From a virus, in the IMG/VR virus record IMGVR_UViG_3300045988_164457, positions 69,216 through 133,215 of that record: 64,000 nt of DNA; one strand, 5' to 3'. The notes beneath the pieces were generated by a model. That model worked only from the letters and a program-made list of their open reading frames with translations, searched no databases and was not told the origin of the DNA. This document shows, piece after piece, positions 29,444 to 37,649 of the stretch; position 1 is the stretch's first letter; each line of letters begins with the position of its first letter. The position numbers and the translations under genes are program-made.

Positions 29444-29773
29444 ATGAACAATAGTATCGCTTCCCAGCTCAAAGCTATTGAAAAGAAAATCCAAAAGGAA
29501 TCAGCAGAATACCAAGCTAAATTAAACAAAACATCAAAAAGAAATTGGTTTACGAATGATTTTATGAAAAGTATTCATTCTATATCAATTGAAGCATTAT
29601 TCGCCAAAGCTAATATTGATATATCTCACATCGATAATTTAACAGACGATGAGATTGCTGAATTAGAAAAAGTCATTCCTTCAAAGTTTAAATCGTGGGA
29701 AGATTTTTATAAAGAAGCATTTAAGTTTAATGTCAAGAAATTCATATTAGATTCTCAGTCTAACAGGCGTTAA
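29444..29773 (+). CDS. hypothetical protein
   Basis: 109-aa ORF 33 nt after the HTH gene, with an AAGGAG RBS. Confidence 0.55.
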   Translation: MNNSIASQLKAIEKKIQKESAEYQAKLNKTSKRNWFTNDFMKSIHSISIEALFAKANIDISHIDNLTDDEIAELEKVIPSKFKSWEDFYKEAFKFNVKKFILDSQSNRR

Positions 29774-29938
29774 AAGTATAGTATCTTCATTCAAACTGGA
29801 TGTAGCCCATTCAAAATTGTCACAGGTGAGATGAGTATCGCTTTTAATCACCCCATCGGCTATCCCCTGTTCTACCAAACGATAGAACTCCTTTTCATTG
29901 ACTTTTGTTTTAATATGTATTGTTAAATTTTTGCTCAT
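29747..29938 (-). CDS. hypothetical small protein (63 aa)
   Basis: Start at the ATG after AGAGAGG. The ORF track starts at 29989. Confidence 0.45.
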   Translation of the reverse strand: MSKNLTIHIKTKVNEKEFYRLVEQGIADGVIKSDTHLTCDNFEWATSSLNEDTILLTPVRLRI

Positions 29939-29957
29939 ATTAACAAACCTCTCTGAT

Positions 29958-30182
29958 TTAATAATCTTGAACAATGTAATTTGATCCACAAGGCATAGAA
30001 TTTATCTCATTCTCATATGGATCAATATGGGCAACCAAACGTCCGTCTGTAGTGAAATATTCAACAACTTCTCTAAGCGGTTCCTTAGATAAATTGTTAC
30101 TTGACTTTCCTCCCTCTTTAGATTTTACCTCAATAAGAGTAATCATTCTTACTCGTGTTGTAGACGTATAATTTTTTAACAT
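29958..30182 (-). CDS. hypothetical small protein (74 aa)
   Basis: GGAGG RBS upstream of the ATG. Confidence 0.5.
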   Translation of the reverse strand: MLKNYTSTTRVRMITLIEVKSKEGGKSSNNLSKEPLREVVEYFTTDGRLVAHIDPYENEINSMPCGSNYIVQDY

Positions 30183-30274
30183 TTTAATTGCCTCCTATTT
30201 CCGACACAATTAACAAAATATACAATAAAAATAGTGCGGTCTGACAATTTTTTCTATCAAACCGCACTATTTTC

Positions 30275-30303
30275 TTGATTTTTCGTAGATAATCTGATAC
30301 AAT
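30275..30303 (+). promoter_or_regulatory. promoter upstream of CRISPR-like unit A
   Basis: TTGATT-17-TACAAT. Confidence 0.5.
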
Positions 30304-30400
30304 CAAAAGTAATTGGAAGACTCATACACCCCTTTTCTACGTATTACTTACAGCAGTTTGACTACCTACAGAGGAGGGGATTTGTATAAAGGTTTTGATT

Positions 30401-30433
30401 GTCGCACCCCATGTGGGGCGTGTGAGTTGAAAT
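30401..30433 (+). CRISPR. solitary CRISPR-repeat-like unit A (type I-C-like architecture)
   Basis: GTCGCACCCCATGTGGGGCGTGTGAGTTGAAAT. No partner repeat within 200 bp on either side. Confidence 0.65.
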
Positions 30434-30594
30434 TTGATTATGTATCGGATTACCTACTATATCTATTATACTGCAATGCAGATAATAAATCAAGTCGATT
30501 TAGTGCGATTTTCAAATTTTATATATAACATGGGATAATACATTACATTGGCAACTATCCTTTCTATTTTTATTACTATAAATGAGGTGTTCTT

Positions 30595-32037
30595 ATGTTA
30601 GTCTTCACAACAACATTTCCCATTTCAAATAACTTATCTGTCGAAAGTTTTATAAATCTCGCTGTCGAATGGGTTTCAAATTCCAAATCCAAATACAATT
30701 TTGATGATTTTATATGGAATGGGTCAACAACTTTTTCAGTAACGGATATGTCTGGAAATGTTGAACTATCCATAAACACAATCAACGAAACACAGACCGT
30801 AGCTATCAGATTAAAAAATCTTGATGGGTCTATTGAATGGATAAGTGACTTTATTATGACAAACAATCATATTTCTGTTCAACTTCAACGAAATTCAACT
30901 GACAATGCAGATTATATTCCAAAATTTCATATTCCATATTTTTTAAGAATGATTTTAGGAAAAAACTATGGCGGATGCGATAATTGTTTAAACATCAGTA
31001 CCTCTCCTACTATTATAACAGAAAAAAATATATCTATAATTGTAGATATAATTAATTCAGGTAGTTTATATAAACTCCCGATTGTGTATATATCTCGACA
31101 AATGCCGGGAGATTATAGCATAGATGCTAATCAAATGGCACGTAAACTTGCTGGAATAGCACATATCTTAGTTGAAAACGATACGTCAGTATCAAGATTG
31201 CTTCAAGAAAAAACATCAAGTGCCAATCCATACAATGGAGCAATTCAAGTATATTACCCAAAGAATTTTACTAAAAGATTTATCCCTGAATATTTTTATT
31301 CTCGAAAAGAAATGCAAGATAGCATTATTAGTTTTATAAGTGAACGTAATCTTCAAATGAAAATTGATGAACAGTATCAATATTATTATGTAACGCAACG
31401 CATTCTTAACAATAAGCGATTAGAAGCGGAAAAGAAACATAAACAATCTGAAAACGATATTGACTCATTGACTGAAATGTATGATGCACTTGAAAAACAA
31501 TACCAAGCTCTCAAAGAGGAACAGGAACATTTAAGTTCTGAATTAAATGATTCCAAGGCCAAAACTATATTTTTGCAAGATCAAGTTATGGAATTAAAAG
31601 AAAAATTAGATCAACAAACCAATGACCAAAACACACCTTTAATATATCATGGTGATGAACCTGATTTATATACAGGTGAACAACACGATATTCTTTTAGC
31701 AGTACTTGCCGATGCTTTAAACAAAATTATTCCCAATGATACACCCTCCTCTCGCAGACACGATGTAATCAATTCTATTTTAAAACAAAACAAACCAATC
31801 GGTGTGTTAAATAACAAATTAGAAGTTGTTAATCAAGTTTTTAAACATTCCAAATTAACCAAACAAGATATTGTTGAATTACAAAAAATCGGATTATGTC
31901 TTACTTCGGACAAAAACCATTATAAATTTACATTTATGAACAAGCCATGTTATTATACTACAGTTTCTAAAACAGCAAGTGATATAGGACATGGAAACAA
32001 AAACACAGCTAATCAAATAAAGAGGTCATTCTTTTAA
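30595..32037 (+). CDS. hypothetical 480-aa protein: N-terminal globular domain, central coiled coil, C-terminal domain
   Basis: GAGGTG RBS. A heptad-rich QSENDIDSLTEMYDALEKQYQALKEEQEHLSSELNDSKAK segment. No catalytic motif recognised. Confidence 0.7.
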   Translation: MLVFTTTFPISNNLSVESFINLAVEWVSNSKSKYNFDDFIWNGSTTFSVTDMSGNVELSINTINETQTVAIRLKNLDGSIEWISDFIMTNNHISVQLQRNSTDNADYIPKFHIPYFLRMILGKNYGGCDNCLNISTSPTIITEKNISIIVDIINSGSLYKLPIVYISRQMPGDYSIDANQMARKLAGIAHILVENDTSVSRLLQEKTSSANPYNGAIQVYYPKNFTKRFIPEYFYSRKEMQDSIISFISERNLQMKIDEQYQYYYVTQRILNNKRLEAEKKHKQSENDIDSLTEMYDALEKQYQALKEEQEHLSSELNDSKAKTIFLQDQVMELKEKLDQQTNDQNTPLIYHGDEPDLYTGEQHDILLAVLADALNKIIPNDTPSSRRHDVINSILKQNKPIGVLNNKLEVVNQVFKHSKLTKQDIVELQKIGLCLTSDKNHYKFTFMNKPCYYTTVSKTASDIGHGNKNTANQIKRSFF

Positions 32038-32421
32038 TCTTACTAAGGTATCTCTTGCAAATTCTAAGTAAGGTCTTTCAAATATCCTATAACAAATGAT
32101 TGGGTTATCATATTCATTTGTACAGATATTAATCGCCCCGATTGTTAATGTATGATTAGATAATTCAAGCGGTATCCCCCATTTAGCTAAAATATCCACA
32201 TCGGTGGTCAGCTTTACATAACATCCAAATGGTAACAAGTCATCTTCGTTCATTATTAAGTCGTAGTTGGACGGAACACCTGTTAAGTCATAATATTTTT
32301 TAACGGCATCCGTTAAAGTTATATGCTTGTGTTCTGCGATTTTTGTGACGATCTCAAGATAATTCATACTCTTGGGGTCAACACTTAAATCAACTTCGTT
32401 GTTGAAATACGCTCTGTTCAT
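32026..32421 (-). CDS. hypothetical protein
   Basis: 131-aa ORF convergent with, and 12 nt overlapping, the 480-aa gene. Served by the M2 leftward promoter. Confidence 0.6.
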   Translation of the reverse strand: MNRAYFNNEVDLSVDPKSMNYLEIVTKIAEHKHITLTDAVKKYYDLTGVPSNYDLIMNEDDLLPFGCYVKLTTDVDILAKWGIPLELSNHTLTIGAINICTNEYDNPIICYRIFERPYLEFARDTLVRLKE

Positions 32422-32460
32422 GTGACACCTCTTTGACTATGTAAAGTTATAATAATTACT

Positions 32461-32499
32461 CACTAATATTTATATGTATTTGCATATTAAATATTAGTG
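32461..32499. promoter_or_regulatory. palindrome CACTAATATTTA-N15-TAAATATTAGTG (operator candidate)
   Basis: 12-bp perfect inverted arms in the leader of the 131-aa gene. Confidence 0.4.
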
Positions 32500-32524
32500 T
32501 TTAATATATTCTTTTCTATACTAC

Positions 32525-32552
32525 TTGACTTTTTATCGAAATATGTTATAAT
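32525..32552 (+). promoter_or_regulatory. module M2 rightward promoter
   Basis: TTGACT-16-TATAAT with TGt extension. Confidence 0.65.
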
Positions 32553-32597
32553 ATAATACTAAGGATTTGCGCTATCGCATTTCCTTGGTATGGTTAT

Positions 32598-32626
32598 AGT
32601 ATATCACGAATTTTGTGTAATGTCAA
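32598..32626 (-). promoter_or_regulatory. module M2 leftward promoter
   Basis: Reverse complement reads TTGACA-17-TATACT. Confidence 0.6.
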
Positions 32627-32710
32627 TACGATTTTCGTATATTTAGGTGAAAAACAATTTATAAATTTATCCATATTTTTTATTGGATTTGCACAAGAGG
32701 TGTAACCACT

Positions 32711-33319
32711 ATGATTAAATGCAATTTAAAATCTCTAAGATTTAACCATAATGACATATCTCAAAAAGAGTTATCCCAGAGCGTAAATATTAGAACACAA
32801 ACAATCTCTGATATGGAAATGGGGAAAACTAAATCTTACTCAGTTGAAAATTTGAATAAGTTATGCAACTATTTCAAATGCGACATATCAGATATCATTA
32901 GCTATGTTCCTGATGCACCAAACATCGTCTGCACATCTCATAGAATAACGTCAATACCTATCTCAGTAGTTGCAGCTGGTGCTGGTATATCCACTAAATT
33001 TACAATAGATAATTCATTTGAGAAGAAGGAATTTCCATCTGATGTTGTTCCCTCTAATGCTGATTGCGGTATTCGTATCAATGGTGACTCAATGTCCCCT
33101 GATTACCCCGATGGCTGTATTGTTTGGGTAAAACAAACCACTGAGGTCAAATATGGAGATGAGGTAATTGTCATTCTTAACGGTTCCCCCTATTTCAAAA
33201 TATACGAGAGAGACGGTCTTCAATCAATCAATCCTGATTATCCGGTTATAAAGATTTATGATGATGACAAAATCTCTGTATTTGGTAAAGTTATAGGAGC
33301 TTGTACTGACAACATCTAA
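32711..33319 (+). CDS. LexA/CI-like repressor (XRE HTH plus S24 self-cleaving peptidase)
   Basis: HTH ISQKELSQSVNIRTQTISDME, the catalytic Ser motif GDSMSP and a downstream Lys in YFKIY. Confidence 0.8.
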   Translation: MIKCNLKSLRFNHNDISQKELSQSVNIRTQTISDMEMGKTKSYSVENLNKLCNYFKCDISDIISYVPDAPNIVCTSHRITSIPISVVAAGAGISTKFTIDNSFEKKEFPSDVVPSNADCGIRINGDSMSPDYPDGCIVWVKQTTEVKYGDEVIVILNGSPYFKIYERDGLQSINPDYPVIKIYDDDKISVFGKVIGACTDNI

Positions 33320-33422
33320 TAATATGTATTAAACTGCAAAGAAATATTACGGCTGAATATGTATTTGATGTTTAACACCACCTTCCTCATATACAAGTAA
33401 TTATCAAATTCTTTTACCTTTT

Positions 33423-33462
33423 CCCTATTGCGTTTATGTTGATGCAATAGGGATTTTCTTTG
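33423..33462 (+). terminator. intrinsic terminator
   Basis: ccctattgc...gcaataggg followed by attttctttg. Confidence 0.65.
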
Positions 33463-33494
33463 TTGTAAAACTTTTAAGGCAGTAAATTCTAAAT

Positions 33495-33523
33495 TTGACA
33501 TTTCTCGTAATATGTGTTATAAT
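33495..33523 (+). promoter_or_regulatory. module M3 rightward promoter
   Basis: TTGACA-17-TATAAT with TGt extension. Confidence 0.65.
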
Positions 33524-33568
33524 GTAATACTAAGATTTTTTCTTTTATGTAATTCTTAGTATGGTTAT

Positions 33569-33597
33569 ATTATAGTACATTATTCTGTACTTGTCAA
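33569..33597 (-). promoter_or_regulatory. module M3 leftward promoter
   Basis: Reverse complement reads TTGACA-17-TATAAT. Confidence 0.6.
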
Positions 33598-33656
33598 GAC
33601 AAATGGTAAAATATTCAAAACTTTGTTGAATTTACACTATTTCAGGAGGGTATTTT

Positions 33657-34058
33657 ATGGGGTTTTATACAAATTTTGAAGAAATCTGTACCCAAAGACA
33701 TACATCCGTTAGTGCCGTATTGCTAAAATGTGGACTTACCAAAAGCCTTGGCACTGGTTGGAAAAAAGGTGTTTCCCCAAGTGGAGATAATATTATTAAA
33801 ATAGCTCAATATCTTAATGTATCAACTGATTATCTTTTAATGGATAAAGCAACAGTAGACAGCCTTTCCCACATTGAACAAGAACTAATCAATTCTTTTC
33901 GTAAGCTTTCGCCTAATGAACAGCAACGCATAATCGGGAGATGCGAGGAAATAGCTTCGTCAAAATCGACCGAAGATAATGCAGAACCTGAAATTATCGA
34001 GATTGCTGCGAGAAGTAAAAAAGGAAATACACCAAAGATTTCTACAGATGAGTTTTGA
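33657..34058 (+). CDS. XRE-family HTH protein (controller-protein candidate for the downstream R-M gene)
   Basis: HTH VSAVLLKCGLTKSLGTGWKKG. Its stop lies 9 nt before the R-M gene. Confidence 0.7.
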   Translation: MGFYTNFEEICTQRHTSVSAVLLKCGLTKSLGTGWKKGVSPSGDNIIKIAQYLNVSTDYLLMDKATVDSLSHIEQELINSFRKLSPNEQQRIIGRCEEIASSKSTEDNAEPEIIEIAARSKKGNTPKISTDEF

Positions 34059-34067
34059 GGTGAAAAT

Positions 34068-36341
34068 ATGTCAATATCTATTAATCCTAGCGAAGCAATA
34101 ACCGAAAGTATATTTAGAAATTTTTATGGAACTAACACTTTTTTAGAAAAAGCTTCTATTCCAGAAACATATGGATTCAAATCCAAAAAAGGGACTAGCA
34201 AAAGAGGTTATCCAGATTTCTTTTTAGATTCCTATAATGAATATTGTATTGTTGTTGAAATCAAAGCGTATATTGAAGACCATTCGATTGCACAAAAAGA
34301 AGTTAAACATTATATGAATAACAACAATATAACTAAAGACATAATTGGCATGGCTGTATCTGGACAGAATTTAAATGACTTGCGTGTGTCAATTTATTTT
34401 AAATTATCAAAAGGAAAAGTAAATTATATAGACACAAAAAAATTATTATCACTAAACGATATAAAAAAAGAATACGAAAAAAGAAATCCTCCTAATACAA
34501 TAAGTAATGATGAGCTAATTAAAGAATTAAAAAAACTAAACAAAGAATGGCACTCTATGAGTTTACAACCCGCTTATAGAAGTCTCTTGTTCTCAGCTAT
34601 AATGATTGCATTAAAAAACAGTAATTTTCGTAGCACATATAAATTTATTACCCCTCCATCTAAAAGTGATTCTACTAATGCAAATATTATTGTAGAGTCA
34701 TCCAATATGAACAAGGCTATTTTAACCGCAATAACAGAAGAATTACACGATAAAATTAGTAATAAATCTAAGAAATTTAGTTGGGAGGATCAATTTGCAT
34801 TCATTAATAATCTACCAATTCCGTTGCAAAAATATAAAGAGCAAATCGAGGAAATTGAGAAAAAATGTTTTTCACCTCAAAACAATAAGAAGCAAGACAT
34901 TCTCGGGAAAGCATATAAAATATTTTTAGAAAGAGCAGGCAAAACATTAGATAAAAACATAATACTCACTCCTTATCATATTATACATTTTATGGTGAAA
35001 TTAGCTCATCTCACCCCAGACGATGTCGTATTAGATACTTGTACTGGTTCAGGTGGATTTTTAATGGAAGCAATGGAACAAATGATACAAATTTCATATT
35101 TATCCCAGAAATTTTCTTCTCCAGAAAAGTGCGAAGAAAACATAAAAAAGCATCAGCTTATTGGATTTGAAAACGATTCAACATTATTTTCATTAGCCTG
35201 TTCTAATATGTTTTTACATGGAGACGGGAAAACAAACCTCATTTTTAGAAGTTCATTAATAAATGATATAAATGAAAATTTAATCAATGATAATGATGAT
35301 GACTTATTAGCATATATACACGCATTAAATCCTACTAAATGTATAATCAATCCACCATATGAAAACAATAAACCAATTGTTTTTACAAAACAGGCAATAG
35401 AATATCTTAATTCAGATTGTGGACGATTAGTAATTATTATGCCAACCGATACATTACAAAAAGATGTTGACACCACTAAAGAAATATTGACAACTTCAAA
35501 ATTAGAATGCGTTATTAAAATGCCTGACCAGTTATTTTCAGAACAGAAAAGAATCGTTGATACATCGATATTTATTTTTCAAAAGCCACATCCACATCAA
35601 ATTTCGGACGAAACATTATTTTACGATCTTGAGGATGACGGTCATGTTTCTGTACAACATAAAGGCAGGGTTGATAAAGATTCACGATGGGATAATATAG
35701 AAAAGGATGCACTTGATGTCATCAATAACTTCAAAGAAATTTCAAACAAAAGCCAAAAGACTAAAATATTTGATAAAGACGGTAATTTTATATTTAACCA
35801 AGATTTAAAAAAATTAAAAGCAACTAAGTTTAAACAGCTACCAATTGAAGATTTGTTTACAGTCAGCAAAGGCACTTTAGCAAGTCAAAAAAATGTTAAT
35901 GGTGATTATCCTTTTATTACAGCTGATAAAAATTGGAAAAAGCATAACACATATGACATTGATGACGAAGCTATTGTTTATGCCGTAGATTCAGCGGGGT
36001 CACTTGGCAGAACTCATTATGTTAATGGTAAATTTATAGCAAGTAATCTTTGCTTAGTATTAAGAAATAAAAATAATCCCGATTATCCAATTAATTTGAA
36101 ATTTTATAATTACTACTTTCAGTCTATAAGATCACAAATTGTAAAGTCTTTAAAAAGCGGAAAATCTAAAAAAACAATTAGTTCTAATTATTTTAAAAAG
36201 TTTAAGATTGATTATATTCCATACAAAAAGCAATTAGAATTTTTAGAACAAGTAGAATCCTTTAATGAAATAGAGCAAAAATATATTCAAGCACGTAAAG
36301 ATTTTGAAGAGAAAATAGAAAATTTAATTGATATTATTTAG
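34068..36341 (+). CDS. single-polypeptide restriction-modification enzyme (HSDR_N-type nuclease, gamma N6-adenine methyltransferase and HsdS-like TRD; Type IIG-like)
   Basis: N-terminus GYPDFFLD...CIVVEIKAY (PD...ExK), motif I VLDTCTGSGGFL, motif IV CIINPPYE, and a C-terminal TRD-like GDYPFITADKNW...ASNLCLVLR. Confidence 0.75.
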   Translation: MSISINPSEAITESIFRNFYGTNTFLEKASIPETYGFKSKKGTSKRGYPDFFLDSYNEYCIVVEIKAYIEDHSIAQKEVKHYMNNNNITKDIIGMAVSGQNLNDLRVSIYFKLSKGKVNYIDTKKLLSLNDIKKEYEKRNPPNTISNDELIKELKKLNKEWHSMSLQPAYRSLLFSAIMIALKNSNFRSTYKFITPPSKSDSTNANIIVESSNMNKAILTAITEELHDKISNKSKKFSWEDQFAFINNLPIPLQKYKEQIEEIEKKCFSPQNNKKQDILGKAYKIFLERAGKTLDKNIILTPYHIIHFMVKLAHLTPDDVVLDTCTGSGGFLMEAMEQMIQISYLSQKFSSPEKCEENIKKHQLIGFENDSTLFSLACSNMFLHGDGKTNLIFRSSLINDINENLINDNDDDLLAYIHALNPTKCIINPPYENNKPIVFTKQAIEYLNSDCGRLVIIMPTDTLQKDVDTTKEILTTSKLECVIKMPDQLFSEQKRIVDTSIFIFQKPHPHQISDETLFYDLEDDGHVSVQHKGRVDKDSRWDNIEKDALDVINNFKEISNKSQKTKIFDKDGNFIFNQDLKKLKATKFKQLPIEDLFTVSKGTLASQKNVNGDYPFITADKNWKKHNTYDIDDEAIVYAVDSAGSLGRTHYVNGKFIASNLCLVLRNKNNPDYPINLKFYNYYFQSIRSQIVKSLKSGKSKKTISSNYFKKFKIDYIPYKKQLEFLEQVESFNEIEQKYIQARKDFEEKIENLIDII

Positions 36342-36394
36342 TATATTATCTTATATACATATTTTTAATTTTATTCCCCTATAACTCATAACCC

Positions 36395-36433
36395 AAAGTC
36401 CTTCTTACCTCACCCGTAAGAAGGACTTTTTAT
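36395..36433 (+). terminator. intrinsic terminator
   Basis: aaagtccttcttac-ctcaccc-gtaagaaggacttt followed by a T-run. Confidence 0.8.
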
Positions 36434-36452
36434 TGTTTTCCACAAAGTCCTC

Positions 36453-36481
36453 TTGACAATTTTAAAGTTATTTTGTATAAT
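36453..36481 (+). promoter_or_regulatory. sigmaA-type promoter
   Basis: TTGACA-17-TATAAT. Confidence 0.7.
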
Positions 36482-36553
36482 ATAAACAAGCACTACACAT
36501 ACAAATCACAAAACATAAACAAAGCCAGATTTAACAAAAAAGGAGCTGATTTT

Positions 36554-36715
36554 ATGAGACGTTACCCACCACCAAGAAGTACACAACCTATCGTTGACAG
36601 TGCAGGATTATCCGTTATACTAACGATTATTACTGTATGTTGTCCACCATTAGGATTGGTCGCATACATTTTAGCAGGTATCTGTGAAGAGATCGGATTA
36701 AAGATAGGAAAATAG
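36554..36715 (+). CDS. 53-aa membrane peptide
   Basis: AAAGGAG RBS 7 nt before the ATG. Hydrophobic core LSVILTIITVCCPPLGLVAYILAGI. Confidence 0.45.
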   Translation: MRRYPPPRSTQPIVDSAGLSVILTIITVCCPPLGLVAYILAGICEEIGLKIGK

Positions 36716-36773
36716 GTTTAAAATCAGTAGTAAAAATACTATCAAATTTTTCTATAAATTTCCACAAAACCTC

Positions 36774-36802
36774 TTGACAAATCAGAATTAATCTGCTACA
36801 AT
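36774..36802 (+). promoter_or_regulatory. sigmaA-type promoter of the NYN cassette
   Basis: TTGACA-17-TACAAT. Confidence 0.7.
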
Positions 36803-36884
36803 ATAATTGTGAAATACAAGATATCTTGTATTATTTAACGCAAATTGAATTATTTAGATGTCCCTCATGTTGAGGAATGCGCGA

Positions 36885-36920
36885 CCTACGGTTAGTCCTC
36901 TAATCGTAGGTTATTTTATT
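36885..36920 (+). terminator. terminator-like hairpin inside the NYN leader (attenuator candidate)
   Basis: cctacg-N14-cgtagg followed by ttattttatt, ending 18 nt before the start codon. Confidence 0.4.
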
Positions 36921-36937
36921 GTAAGGATGTGCAAATT

Positions 36938-37543
36938 ATGTCAAAGTCTGTCATGATGATGTATATAGATTCTAATAATTTTTATAAAAATATTGCTGAT
37001 TTATATGATACAAAACCTATTAGACTTAATTGGCAATCATTATGTCTTGGGATAAGAGATGTCATCCAAGAAGATTATAGCTGTAATTTTTCAAAGGCGT
37101 TTTATTATTCAGCATTATCCGATAGGAGCGATAATCCTGATAAATATGATTCTCACAAAAAATTCTTAGATAACTTAAATCAATGCAAATACATAGATGT
37201 TGTGATTGGAAAACTTTCACGAGTACCGATTGACTCTGCTACCCCGATTAATAAGAACGATCCGTCAACTTATAAACACGTTGAAAAAACAACAGACGTA
37301 AATATATCTAATGGAATGTTGACCTCAACAGCTGATATTATTGTTCTTTTATCCGCTGACACAGATTTTGAAAGCACTATTAGATTATTAAAAAAACAAG
37401 GTAAAACTGTATTGGTGGTTGTTCCTATTGGCGCTAAAAGTTCGCATATCCAGCATATTGTCGGCGATGATAATGTGATTTTATTAGATAAAAACTTTTT
37501 TGATAAATATACTAAACCTCCTGTCGCATTAATTTCAAATTAA
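36938..37543 (+). CDS. NYN/LabA-like (PIN-like) ribonuclease-domain protein
   Basis: MMYIDSNNFY (N-terminal Asp), TTDVNISNGML and IVLLSADTDFESTIRLLKKQGKTVLVV. Start at the ATG 10 nt after AAGGA. Confidence 0.7.
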   Translation: MSKSVMMMYIDSNNFYKNIADLYDTKPIRLNWQSLCLGIRDVIQEDYSCNFSKAFYYSALSDRSDNPDKYDSHKKFLDNLNQCKYIDVVIGKLSRVPIDSATPINKNDPSTYKHVEKTTDVNISNGMLTSTADIIVLLSADTDFESTIRLLKKQGKTVLVVVPIGAKSSHIQHIVGDDNVILLDKNFFDKYTKPPVALISN

Positions 37544-37592
37544 TTTAGATAAGTTTAATTTATATATTTCAAAACGCATAATGTAATAAGCA

Positions 37593-37625
37593 AAGCCCTA
37601 CTCAATTAAGAGTAGGGCTTTCTAT
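37593..37625 (+). terminator. intrinsic terminator
   Basis: aaagccctactc-aattaa-gagtagggcttt. Confidence 0.8.
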
Positions 37626-37649
37626 ATATTGTATTTTGATAGCATAAAC

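Noticed and set aside
33316-33501. 61-aa minus-strand ORF downstream of the M3 leftward promoter
   Set aside because: Its start codon overlaps the -35 of the rightward promoter, its RBS is weak, and it runs through the terminator of the LexA-like gene. It was kept only as a remark in the switch-module finding.
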